Origin: an uncultured cyanobacterium
Lineage (GTDB): Bacteria; Cyanobacteriota; Cyanobacteriia; PCC-9006; JAAUQQ01
Direction: 5' to 3'
DNA length: 64,000 nt
NCBI GenBank assembly: GCA_963718615.1
Contig: OY970368.1
Coordinates: forward strand, 2,464,001 to 2,528,000
Made by a program: the position numbers and the translations under genes. The stretch's first letter is position 1, and each line of letters opens with the position of its first letter. Shown one piece after another: positions 19,187 through 28,648 of this stretch. The notes under the pieces are model-generated. The model saw only the letters and a list, made by a program, of their open reading frames with translations. It made no database searches and had not been told where the DNA came from.

Positions 19187-21960
19187 CTATAATTTTGAAA
19201 CAAGTACGCCTGTTTTGGGGGTGGGTTGAGAAATTTGCTGGATTTTTGCTGGATTGAAGTGCTGGGTAAAGTCTGGGGCGCGAACGCTTTCTTTGAGGTT
19301 CCAGTCGATGGAGGCATTGGGGTTTTTGATCCCGGCTTCGTCGAAGATGTTGATGACGGTATCGGAGACGAGGGCTTGGTCTACGACTTGCCGGATGGCG
19401 GTTTCGATTTCGACGTTGCTCAGGCTACCGTCGCTGGGTTCGAGTTTGCGGAGGCTGGCTTGGATGGCCTGAAAGAAAGAGATTTTTTCAGCCTGGGCGA
19501 TCGCTTCGGGGTTATGGGCGGTCAGCGCGTAGATTCTGCCGAGGGCGGTGACGGCATCGAGGAAGCGGTCTTTGATTTGTGGGTCGGCGACATAGTTAGT
19601 GGCGGATTTGAGGATGTTGAGTTTGTCGCCAGTGCGATTGGTGAAGTAGGGCTGGTAGTTGAATCCGGCCATGATGCCTTCGACGATTTCCAGTTTGGTC
19701 AGCAATAGGCCAATGGCCACGGCTTGATCAAGGGTGAGATCGCCTTTGCCGCCGCTTTGGGAGTAGAAGTTGAGCGCTTCTTTGAGTTCGTGGGCGACGC
19801 CGAGGTAGTCCACAATCAAGCCGCCTTGTTTCTCGAAGTAGACGCGGTTGATGCGGGCGATCGCCTGCATCAGGTTGTGCCCCTTCATCGGCTTGTCGAG
19901 GTACAGGGTGTGGAGGCAGGGGGCATCGAACCCGGTGAGCCACATGTCGCAGACGATGACGAGTTCGAGGTCGTTGGCGGGGTCTTTGATGCGTTGGGCC
20001 AGGAGTTGCCGATTTTTTTGGGTGGTGTGGTGCCGGACTAGGTTGCCTTCGTCGGCGGCGCTGGCGGTCATGACGACTTTGATTTTGCCGCTGTTGAGGT
20101 CGTCGCTGTGCCAGTCGGGGCGGAGCTGGATGATTTCGTCGTAGAGGTTGGCGGCGATGCGGCGGCTGAGGGTGACGATCATGCCTTTGCCGCGATTGAC
20201 GGTTTGGCGTTGCTCGAAGTGGGTGACGATGTCGTTGGCGATGGTTTCGAGGCGCTGGGTGGAGCCGACGATCGCTTCGATTTTGGTCTGGTTGGCTTTG
20301 GCCTGTTGGGTGCTGCTGAGGTCTTCAAAGCTGAGGTCTTCGTCGAGTTCGTCCAGTAGCTGTTTTCCCTGTTCGTCGAGATCGACTTTGACCAGGCGGC
20401 TCTCGTAGTAGATGGGGACGGTGGAACCGTCTTTGACGGCTTGGGAGATGTCGTAGATGTCGATGTAGCCGCCAAAGATGGCGGGGGTGTTTTTGTCGGT
20501 TTGCTCGACGGGGGTGCCGGTGAAGCCGACGAAGGTGGCGTTGGGGAGGGCGTCGCGGATGTATTTGGCGAAGCCGTAGCGGGTCTGTTTGCCGATGACG
20601 TTGCCTGCTTCGTCTTTGAGGTTGACCTGTTTGGCTTTGAAGCCGTATTGGCTGCGGTGGGCTTCGTCGGCCAGGACGACGATGTTGGTGCGATCGCTAA
20701 TCTGGGGGTACAGGGTCTCGCCTTCTTCTGGGCCGAATTTTTGCACGGTGGTGAAGACGATGCCGCCAGAGTTGACGGTGAGGAGTTGGCGGACGGCGTC
20801 GCGGTTGTTGGCCTGTTGGGGGGCTTGGCGCAGCAGTTGGCGGCATCCGGCGAAGGTGTCGAAAAGTTGGTCGTCGAGGTCGTTGCGATCGGTGAGGATG
20901 ACGAGGGTGGGGTTGTCGAGGGTGAGGACGAGTTTGCCGCTGAGGAAGACCATGGAGAGGGATTTACCGCTGCCCTGGGTGTGCCAAACGACGCCGCCCT
21001 TGCGTGATGTTGGGTGGTTGCCTTGGGTGGCGGTGAGGACGTTTTCGACGGCTTTATTGACGGCGTAGTACTGGTGGTAAGCGCCGATCTTTTTGATGGT
21101 TTGGAGGGTGACGATTTCGGTGCTGGGGTCTTCGGTTTTGATTTTCTCGAAGACGGTGAAGTGGCGAATGAGGTCGAGCAGGGTGTGCTTGTTGAGCATC
21201 CCGGTGGTGAGGATTTCGAGTTCGTTGGTGTTGGGGTCGTTGTCGATGCCGCCGCCGAGTTCATCGGGGAGTTGGCGTTTCCATTGGCTGAAGCGGCTTT
21301 CGGGGGCGGAGAGGGAGCCTGCGCGGGCGGAGATGCCGTCGGAGATGACGAGGAGGGCGTTGTAGGTGAAGAGGCTGGGGATTTCGCGCTTGTAAGTTTG
21401 GAGTTGGTTGTAGGCGGCTTTGAGGTCGGCTTTGGCGTCGGCGGCGTTTTTGAGTTCGATGACGACGAGGGGCAGGCCGTTGATGAAGAGGATGATGTCG
21501 GGGCGGCGGTTGTGGTTATCTTCGATGAGGGTGAATTGGTTCACCGCGAGGAAGTCGTTGTTTTCGGGGGTGGCCCAGTCGATCAGCCAGAGTTGTTCGC
21601 CTTTGGTTTCACCGTCCTTTTGGTATTCGATGGTGATGCCGCCCGTGAGGTAGCAGTGAAAGGTTTCGTTGTTGCTGATCAGGTCGGGGCAGTTGATGTC
21701 TTGCAGTTCTCGCTGGGCGGTGGTGCGGGCATCGGGGGGGATGTGGGGGTTGATGCGGGCGATCGCGGCACTTAGCCGATCTTTGAGCAGGACTTCGCTG
21801 TAGCTTTGGCGTTTGGGGTGGCTGAGGTAGCTGCCGCTGCGGTCTTTGGCTCGAAATTGGGTGTCTTCGGTGGTGGCGTTGTCTGGGGCGAGTTGGGCGG
21901 CGTGGGTGTAGGTGTAGCCGAGGGCATGGAGGAGTTCGAGGTTGTAGCGTTCGATGTCGT
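19187..21960 (-). pseudogene. hsdR: Type I restriction enzyme R subunit, disrupted (start lost, internal deletion, C-terminal truncation)
   Basis: RPDIILFINGLPLVVIELK, WHTQGSGKS, DEAHRSQYG, FTGTP, DMWLTGFD, QAIARINR. The frame stays open up to about 21960 (DDIERYNLELL) without a start codon. GIKNP is joined directly to [14 protein letters not shown], followed by a non-homologous tail. Confidence 0.88.
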
Positions 21961-22985
21961 CTAATGATAGAAAAAGTAAAATGGATTTGCTTTTTTACGA
22001 TCTATGCGGCAACGAATTAAGTGACCTTCAAAGGTTCTCGGTTCTGGAGCTTCTGTAATTATTGAGCATTGACCTGCTCCTTCTCTAACAAGAGATTGGC
22101 GTGCAAATAAAATGTCACCAAATTCTAGTAAAGACTTTTCATACTCAGATTCAGATAATTGAACTCTATCCATCTCCAAATCGCCAATTCTCTTGTTTCC
22201 GAATAGCTCTCCCATGTTGACCATATAAAAGCCATTACCTCGAACACTGCGAGGCTTCGTTAATCCATTACGCAATGGAATCAGGAAAGTTGTCTCGAAG
22301 GGAGCGATATGCCAACCTGCGGGGATTTCGTCTAGTTCTGACGGTTCCATTGCGCCGCCGGATGACTTGTAGGCTTGCCGTCGGCGTTGGGGAACTCGAA
22401 ATCGATGAACCAATGTTTGAAGAGGGTTTGCGCGATCGCCTCTAGCGTCTCGTTCTGTTTGCGGAGGTTTTCGATTTTGCGATCGAGGATAGATAAAGTC
22501 CGGCCTATCTCCTGCTGCTCTGGAAGACTGGGCACTGTGACAATGATTTCGCTACAGTCGCCAACTCGCATATGTTCAACCGTAGAACCCATGCCAAAGC
22601 TTTTAATTTGATGCTGGACTTCTCTGGAACAAAATGAGTAGAACAAGAAATCAGGATCAACAATATTTGGGTTTGGCCTATACATCATTAGACGCTGGCC
22701 TAGAAACAGGTTCTCTCCATCAATTATTTGCCCAACTTCTCCGAGAGGAGCTTCTCTCGTAAGAATGATGTCACCTCTTTGTAGAGTAGATCGTCGAGTC
22801 CATGTACGAAAAACATCCTCAGTCACATAATTTGTACTCGACAAATCAACGCGACCATCTTTGACATTTGTTGTTCTGATCATCCTATAAGGAGTGACCT
22901 CATCAACGGTGGGGGCCGTTTTATTAACGCAGTCGATAATGGCCTCACAAAGTTTGTCGATCTTCACTTCTTCCCAATCGCTCAT
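21961..22985 (-). pseudogene. hsdS: Type I RM specificity subunit, frameshifted near 22372 and truncated in TRD2
   Basis: TRD1 + PSLPEQQEIG...LEAIAQTLFKHWF. The linker FPNADGKP/YKSSGG...EIPAGW is split across two frames. TRD2 ends abruptly at the hsdR junction. Confidence 0.9.
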
Positions 22986-23026
22986 AGCTCAAACCCCACC
23001 TTCGCCAACTGTCCCTTTATCTTCAT
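22982..23026 (-). repeat. hsdM 3'-end copy (mini-ORF MKIKGQLAKVGFEL*) overlapping the hsdS ATG
   Basis: Matches the HsdM tail [12 protein letters not shown]; ATGA overlap with hsdS. Confidence 0.8.
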
Positions 23027-23043
23027 AAAAAACGCTAATTTCC

Positions 23044-23829
23044 TTAACTAGCAGCCGGAGTCGTTAGCATTTCAACAAGCCGCTCCGAATCCGACCAATA
23101 GACAATATCTGACAACTCCTCTAGCTGCCGAATCGTCTCCATTTGCCAAACATCCAACGTGTCATCAAACAAAGAAATAAAGCGCAATGGCTGCGCCCCA
23201 AACTTAAACTGCGTCAAATCCATCCAAGCCGCAACCACATTATTGGCCTTCGTATTAGCCGCCGCCCTACTCCCCGTACTCAGCACCTGCACCAAAGAAC
23301 TATGATTAGGATGAAACGTATGAAAATCAATCCGCCAGCTACGCCCCGACCGACCCGATAACTTTTCGTTGGCCTGAAATCTAACTCGATGGTCACTCAA
23401 CAATTCAGCCACCTCATCCTCAAACGTCGAAACCAAACGAGTTCTCGACAAAAACCAGAGATTGCTAACCGCCACCGTTGCCTGAGCCAAGCGGGTTATC
23501 GCCGCCGCCAAACCCTCTATCCCTCCCACACGAACAATCAACGCCCCTCGATACTCCTCAACCTCATGGGTTAGCAAAATATCCTGAAGCACCTGCTCTT
23601 GCTTTTTCGACAAAAACTCGCTAGTCGTTTGAGACATCAACCACCGCTTCGTTTCACCCAAATCCGTGATCAAAGGGCGATCCTGAGAAACTTTGAAATA
23701 GAAATCAATCACATCTCCGTCAGGATAGAGATAAGGCGTGCGAATCCGCGTGAACCCATTCACCTCTTCTTTACAAACAAAGAGGCTCCCAAAATTTTCA
23801 GCAATGGCCTGACAAGGTTTGCTAATCAT
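23044..23829 (-). CDS. DUF1828/DUF1829-like protein (possible nuclease-like C-terminal domain)
   Basis: RIRTPYLYPDGDVIDFY, ITDLGET, FEDEVAELL, LSGRSGRSWRIDF. Confidence 0.75.
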   Translation of the reverse strand: MISKPCQAIAENFGSLFVCKEEVNGFTRIRTPYLYPDGDVIDFYFKVSQDRPLITDLGETKRWLMSQTTSEFLSKKQEQVLQDILLTHEVEEYRGALIVRVGGIEGLAAAITRLAQATVAVSNLWFLSRTRLVSTFEDEVAELLSDHRVRFQANEKLSGRSGRSWRIDFHTFHPNHSSLVQVLSTGSRAAANTKANNVVAAWMDLTQFKFGAQPLRFISLFDDTLDVWQMETIRQLEELSDIVYWSDSERLVEMLTTPAAS

Positions 23830-24278
23830 AGGAACAAATCTAACTGATTTTGAGGTAAGGGCTGCATAACCCCATTATGACAAAGAGCAGCCTCTCGGCA
23901 GAATTGTTGCCAAACCTTTACCGGTTCAGCCGCAGAGGCTGTGATGTCTGGCGGTACATAAGCTTGCTTATCACGATAGAGTTCACTCCAGCGGTGCTTG
24001 TGTTTTTCCCCCACCAATTTTCCATCAGGATTCCGATGATCTTTGCCCAAGTCAAGGCCATATATCCTGCCGTAGGGTGGACAGATAATGTGATAGCTCA
24101 AGGCCTCAACAATGGAATTATAAGTGCCACGAACTGATAACTGATAATTACCCGAATTGGTTTGAACTTCAGCTTTGAATTTGAGCCATAGGCTTTCTTC
24201 TTTCCAGAAGATATCGCCTTGTATGGTCTTGGATTTATCGTTCAAGATTCCCTCAAATTCTGCCTGACTCAAAGCCAT
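23826..24278 (-). CDS. DUF6978-like protein with HxNPDG..HKH motif and C-terminal QLDLF
   Basis: LSQAEFEGIL, RIYGLDLGKDHRNPDGKLVGEKHKHRW, ends PQNQLDLFL; ATGA overlap with the downstream gene. Confidence 0.75.
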   Translation of the reverse strand: MALSQAEFEGILNDKSKTIQGDIFWKEESLWLKFKAEVQTNSGNYQLSVRGTYNSIVEALSYHIICPPYGRIYGLDLGKDHRNPDGKLVGEKHKHRWSELYRDKQAYVPPDITASAAEPVKVWQQFCREAALCHNGVMQPLPQNQLDLFL

Positions 24279-24341
24279 AGCCCAAAACCCATTTCACTAA
24301 TCGTATAAGTTGATCAGCAATCTCAAGAATGCGCGATCGGT

Positions 24342-24476
24342 TTTCCCGTAGCTTCTCTAACAGCGCCATCAGCTCACCCCCTCCAAATCAAAACCGACCT
24401 TGGCCAACTGTATTTTAATCTCCGCATCCAACGCCGCTGCTTCCTCCATCTGCGCCGCCAAATCCGCCCTCGTCAT
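24342..24476 (-). repeat. Copy of hsdM 3' end plus following sequence (about 127 bp, about 90% identical to 25678-25804)
   Basis: Encodes [35 protein letters not shown] versus HsdM ...[33 protein letters not shown]; about 12 mismatches by manual alignment. Confidence 0.92.
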
Positions 24477-24832
24477 CATATGCCCCCAGCCTCCAAACTA
24501 TCTAAAACCCGCTGCAAGGCAGTCTTAAGAACGGGCAAATCCGCCTGAGTCGTTTGCCACACAATCTCCAAATCCACCTGAAAATACTCATGAATCACCG
24601 CATTTCGCATCCCCCGAATCTGCTCCCACGGTGTCATTGGGTCTGCCATTTTTAAATCATCAATCACACTTGCCACCGCCTCACCAATTACTGCCAAACT
24701 ATACAGCACCGCTCTCAAAGCTTGCCGATTCTGAGTAAATATCTCAAAGCTCAAGCCTTCGATAGTTTCCTCTACAACGACAATCTCAGCCAACATATCC
24801 TGCACCCGCAGCGCAAACTCTCTAGATGGCAC
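24476..24832 (-). CDS. HepT-like HEPN (DUF86) ribonuclease toxin
   Basis: DML, VIGEA, PWEQIRGMRNAVIHEYFQVD (RX4HXY motif). Confidence 0.92.
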   Translation of the reverse strand: MPSREFALRVQDMLAEIVVVEETIEGLSFEIFTQNRQALRAVLYSLAVIGEAVASVIDDLKMADPMTPWEQIRGMRNAVIHEYFQVDLEIVWQTTQADLPVLKTALQRVLDSLEAGGI

Positions 24833-25112
24833 GAATCGCCTCCTTCAACACCGTTTCCCGCAAATGAGGGCGCAAAGAACTCCGTGTACCCAAGTCCACC
24901 GAACAACCCAACACCTCCTCCAAAAAAGCCTTCAACCCCAACAACATAAACAACCCCACCGGATGGTCAAACTCCACCAAAAAATCTACATCACTCTCTG
25001 GTGTCGCTTCATCCCGTGCCACCGACCCAAACAAAAACAACGCCTTCACCGCAAACTCATCCAGGCGATCGCGGTGGGCATCTAGCAAACTTAGAACCTC
25101 TTGTTTATTCAT
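24822..25112 (-). CDS. MntA-like minimal nucleotidyltransferase antitoxin
   Basis: LFGSVARDEATPESDVDFLVEF (GSX10DXD), VDL; overlaps the HEPN gene. Confidence 0.92.
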   Translation of the reverse strand: MNKQEVLSLLDAHRDRLDEFAVKALFLFGSVARDEATPESDVDFLVEFDHPVGLFMLLGLKAFLEEVLGCSVDLGTRSSLRPHLRETVLKEAIRAI

Positions 25113-25158
25113 TAAATCTCTCCCTCCAATTCTCTCAAGGTTTCTTCGTCTTCATCCC

Positions 25159-25296
25159 CTAATCCAGAGCAGAGGTTGGAGGCAGATGCGCCGCCAGCTC
25201 CGCCGCTAGCATCCTCACCTGGAGAACCCGTACATTAGGCATTGGACGATGTAGTTCAGAAAGAATATTGGAATCCAACAAAAATCGAATCGTCAT
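25159..25296 (-). pseudogene. Truncated VapC/PIN toxin fused to a degenerate hsdM-tail fragment
   Basis: MTIRFLLDSNILSELHRPMPNVRVLQ (PIN N-terminus) followed by VRMLAAELAAHL..., resembling Hsd[13 protein letters not shown]. Confidence 0.75.
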
Positions 25297-25550
25297 AGTT
25301 CAATTTCCCGTCCTGGACTCCGATCGCGCAAATCGGCAAAATCCTCATCCATAAACTCAATCCCTTCTTGCTCAATCCGCTCTCGAAACTTCAAAACCCC
25401 CGCCCAAAATGTATCACCATTTCCTTGAGACGCTTGAGCCGATTCTTTCGCCGCGACCTCAGACAACCGTTGTGACAACACCAGCAACAGCGAAGCCTGA
25501 TCCTGCACCGATAAATCATCTAGAGATCGAATTACATCCTGTAAAGTCAT
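25293..25550 (-). CDS. Putative VapB-type antitoxin
   Basis: 85 aa ending FADLRDRSPGREIEL, typical of cyanobacterial antitoxins upstream of PIN toxins; ATGA overlap with the PIN remnant. Confidence 0.75.
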   Translation of the reverse strand: MTLQDVIRSLDDLSVQDQASLLLVLSQRLSEVAAKESAQASQGNGDTFWAGVLKFRERIEQEGIEFMDEDFADLRDRSPGREIEL

Positions 25551-25704
25551 GACTGAACCTCCTCAATCACTAGTTTTTCTCAACATCAAACCGCTCAAAA
25601 TTTGCCTTCGTCGCATACCGCTGAAATACCTGCTGCGTCTTCTCTCATTCGACATTGCTATCTGGCGTGTCCTCTCCTTTCCCGTAGCTTCCCCAATAGC
25701 GCCA

Positions 25705-27330
25705 TCAGCTCAACCCCTCCAAATCAAAGCCCACCTTCGCTAACTGTATTTTAATCTCCCCATCCAACGCCGCCGCTTCCGCCATCTGCGCCGCCAACTC
25801 CGCCGTCAAAGCCCCCATCTTCTCCTCAAACGGCACCCCATCTTCCACCTCATCCGGAATCCCCACATACCGCCCCGGCGTCAGCACAAACCCGTGCTTC
25901 TCAATCTCCGCCAGCGTTGCCGACTTACAAAACCCCTTAATATCCGCATAGTCTCCCCCATCCCGCTTCCACTCCCGATAAGTCCCCGCAATCCGCTGAA
26001 TATCTGCCTCATCAAACGCTCGATTGCGCCGATTGACCATATAGCCCAACTCCGACGCATCAATAAACAACACCTCCCCCTTCCGATTCCGGTTCTTATT
26101 GCCATTCTTATACCGACTCAAAAACCACAAACAAGCCGGAATCCCCGTGTTGTAAAACAACTGCGTCGGCAACATCACAATGCAATCCACCAAATCCTGC
26201 TGCACCAACCCCTTACGAATCTCCCCCTCCCCACTCGTATTCGACGACAGCGACCCATTCGACAACACAAACCCCGCCGCCCCTGTCGGAGCCAAGTGAT
26301 ACAAGAAATGCTGCACCCAGGCAAAGTTGGCATTCCCCACCGGCGGCACCCCATAATCCCAGCGCCCATCCTTCCGCAGCAAATCCCCGCCCCAATCACT
26401 GTCATTAAACGGCGGATTCGCAATCACAAAATCTGCCTTCAAGTCCTTATGGGCATCATTCAAAAATGACCCCTCCGGATTCCAGCGAATATTCGAGCCA
26501 TCAATCCCCCGAATCGCCAAATTCATCCGGCACAGCTTGTAGGTCGTCTCATTACTCTCCTGCCCATAGATCGAAATATCATCCAGCCGCCCCTGGTGAT
26601 AGCTAACAAACTTCTCACTCTGAACAAACATGCCCCCCGACCCACAGCAAGGGTCAAACACCCGCCCGTGATACGGCTCCAGCATCTCCACCAACACCCG
26701 CACCACCGCCTCCGGCGTATAGAACTGGCCCCCCTTCTTGCCCTCCGCCAGGGCAAACTGCCCCAAGAAGTACTCATACACCTGCCCCAGCAAATCCTGC
26801 TGCCTGGGCGCTTCCCCCATCGACTCCGCTTCTAGACTCAATTGCTGAACCGACGCCGAGGGTGCCTGGGCTAAATTGACACTGCCAATATTGTCAATCA
26901 ACCCACCCAAAGAGGTTGGATCCAGCTTTTGCTGCCCATACACCTTTGGCAAAATACCCTTGAGCAGCTTGGCATTGTTTTGTTCGATCGCCTCCATCGC
27001 CTCATCCACGCGCTGGCCAATATCTGGCTGCTTCGCCTGGGCCTGCAACGCCGACCACCTCGCCTCAACAGGCACAAAAAAGACATTCTCCGCCTTGTAT
27101 TCATCCGGATCTTCCGGGTCCGCCCCTTCGTACTCTCCCTCCCCAGCAATCAGCGCTTCGTGCAACTGTTCAAAGGCATCCGAAATGTATTTGAGAAAGA
27201 TCAACCCCAGGACGATGTGCTTATACTCCGCTGCGTCTATATTTTTGCGGAGCTTGTCTGCGGCTTTCCAGAGCTTTTGCTCTAAGGTTTCACTACTTTT
27301 TTGAATTTTGGTGGACTTCACGTCAGACAT
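25705..27330 (-). CDS. hsdM: Type I RM N6-adenine methyltransferase subunit
   Basis: [41 protein letters not shown]; frame intact. Confidence 0.96.
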   Translation of the reverse strand: MSDVKSTKIQKSSETLEQKLWKAADKLRKNIDAAEYKHIVLGLIFLKYISDAFEQLHEALIAGEGEYEGADPEDPDEYKAENVFFVPVEARWSALQAQAKQPDIGQRVDEAMEAIEQNNAKLLKGILPKVYGQQKLDPTSLGGLIDNIGSVNLAQAPSASVQQLSLEAESMGEAPRQQDLLGQVYEYFLGQFALAEGKKGGQFYTPEAVVRVLVEMLEPYHGRVFDPCCGSGGMFVQSEKFVSYHQGRLDDISIYGQESNETTYKLCRMNLAIRGIDGSNIRWNPEGSFLNDAHKDLKADFVIANPPFNDSDWGGDLLRKDGRWDYGVPPVGNANFAWVQHFLYHLAPTGAAGFVLSNGSLSSNTSGEGEIRKGLVQQDLVDCIVMLPTQLFYNTGIPACLWFLSRYKNGNKNRNRKGEVLFIDASELGYMVNRRNRAFDEADIQRIAGTYREWKRDGGDYADIKGFCKSATLAEIEKHGFVLTPGRYVGIPDEVEDGVPFEEKMGALTAELAAQMAEAAALDGEIKIQLAKVGFDLEGLS

Positions 27331-27360
27331 GAGAACTTTCTATCGCGCCATAATAGAACA

Positions 27361-28029
27361 ATGACACAATCTAGACCACAGTGGGATCTCAAGCGTTTCT
27401 TTGAAACCCTCAGCTTCTTTGAAGCCATCCCCGTCGTTAGCCAACTGCAAAAAATGTTCTACGGTTCTCCCCCACCCACCCCGCCCTCAGCGCCATCGGG
27501 CGTCATCTTTGACTTTAGCCAACGAGACTTTAACCTTAGCCAAACCTGGGGTGCCGTTGATGATGTAGTGATGGGTGGCGTAAGTTCCAGTGGCATTCAG
27601 CTAGAGCAAGGCAACGCCGTCTTTACTGGGACCGTCTCGACAGACAACAACGGTGGCTTTGCCTCAGTCCGAACCCGTAACTTTGAGCCCCCGTTAGACC
27701 TCTCTGGAAAACAAGGAATCGAGCTGCGGCTCAAGGGCGATGGCCAGCGTTACAAATTCTTGGTGCGCGACAACGACGGCTGGGATAGCGTGGCCTATTC
27801 CTATTCCTTTGATACGACTAAGAATCAATGGATCTCCGTGCGGGTGCCCTTCGACAAGCTCGTGCCAGTGATGCGAGCGAAAACCTTGAAGGATGGGCGA
27901 TCGCTCAACCCCAGTAAAATCCGAGCCCTCCAGCTCATGCTCAGCAAATTTGAATACGACGGAGCGCTGAATCCTCAGTTCACCCCAGGCGTCTTTCGTC
28001 TTGAGGTTGCCACCATTGCGGCGTTTTGA
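27361..28029 (+). CDS. CIA30 (complex I intermediate-associated) family protein
   Basis: WGAVDDVVMGGVSSS, NNGGFASVR, GDGQRYK, LMLSKFEYDG. Confidence 0.9.
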   Translation: MTQSRPQWDLKRFFETLSFFEAIPVVSQLQKMFYGSPPPTPPSAPSGVIFDFSQRDFNLSQTWGAVDDVVMGGVSSSGIQLEQGNAVFTGTVSTDNNGGFASVRTRNFEPPLDLSGKQGIELRLKGDGQRYKFLVRDNDGWDSVAYSYSFDTTKNQWISVRVPFDKLVPVMRAKTLKDGRSLNPSKIRALQLMLSKFEYDGALNPQFTPGVFRLEVATIAAF

Positions 28030-28059
28030 ATCGCTTGTTGAATGACTGGGTTGAATGGC

Positions 28060-28089
28060 TTGACAGGGGCGATCGCCTTCCTCGATAAT
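28060..28089 (+). promoter_or_regulatory. Putative sigma70 promoter of rplU-rpmA
   Basis: TTGACA-N18-GATAAT. Confidence 0.6.
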
Positions 28090-28213
28090 TAAAGGCTGTC
28101 TGTCAAAATCCAGCTCGGATCAGGTCAGGCCCATAAACGTCAAGCCCAGCAAAATTTTCAAGCAAAATTCATGCTCAAGGTTTGGCTACCTGTACGGCTT
28201 TAGAGAGGAACCT

Positions 28214-28594
28214 ATGACCTACGCAATTGTTGAAGTCGCCGGTAAGCAACTGTGGGTAGAACCCGGTCGCTTTTACGATATCGATCGCCAAGGCGCAGAA
28301 CCCGACGACTCCATGACGTTGGATAAGGTGTTGTTGGTTAACACCAATGGTGATGCAACGGTGGGCCAGCCCTATGTTGAGGGCGCTACAGTCGAAGCCA
28401 CAGTTATGAACCATCTGCGGGGCAAAAAAATCATCGTTTACAAGATGAAGCCCAAGAAAAAGTTTCGGAAAAAGCAAGGCCACCGTCAAGATTTGACCCG
28501 CATCATGGTGGAGTCAATTTCTGTGGGCGGTAAGGTCATTGCCAAAGGCGAAGCGGCCAAGGACCTACCCATTTCTGAAGCAGAAGTGGAATAG
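28214..28594 (+). CDS. rplU: 50S ribosomal protein L21
   Basis: MTYAIVEVAGKQLWVEPG, KKQGHRQDLT. Confidence 0.98.
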   Translation: MTYAIVEVAGKQLWVEPGRFYDIDRQGAEPDDSMTLDKVLLVNTNGDATVGQPYVEGATVEATVMNHLRGKKIIVYKMKPKKKFRKKQGHRQDLTRIMVESISVGGKVIAKGEAAKDLPISEAEVE

Positions 28595-28648
28595 AGGTCC
28601 GCGAATTTATTTTGCTGTAGTTTGCAGATTGACTGAGAGGACAAAATC

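Noticed and set aside
19226-21775. Many long alternative-frame ORFs over hsdR (e.g. 20179-21264, 361 aa)
   Set aside because: Low-complexity S/P/T or V/G/D translations; by-product of extreme third-position codon bias.
22365-22380. Phase variation as the cause of the hsdS frameshift
   Set aside because: No homopolymer or simple-sequence tract at the site, and no invertase or inverted repeats seen.
25881-27304. Shadow ORFs over hsdM
   Set aside because: Same skew artefact; no recognisable motifs.
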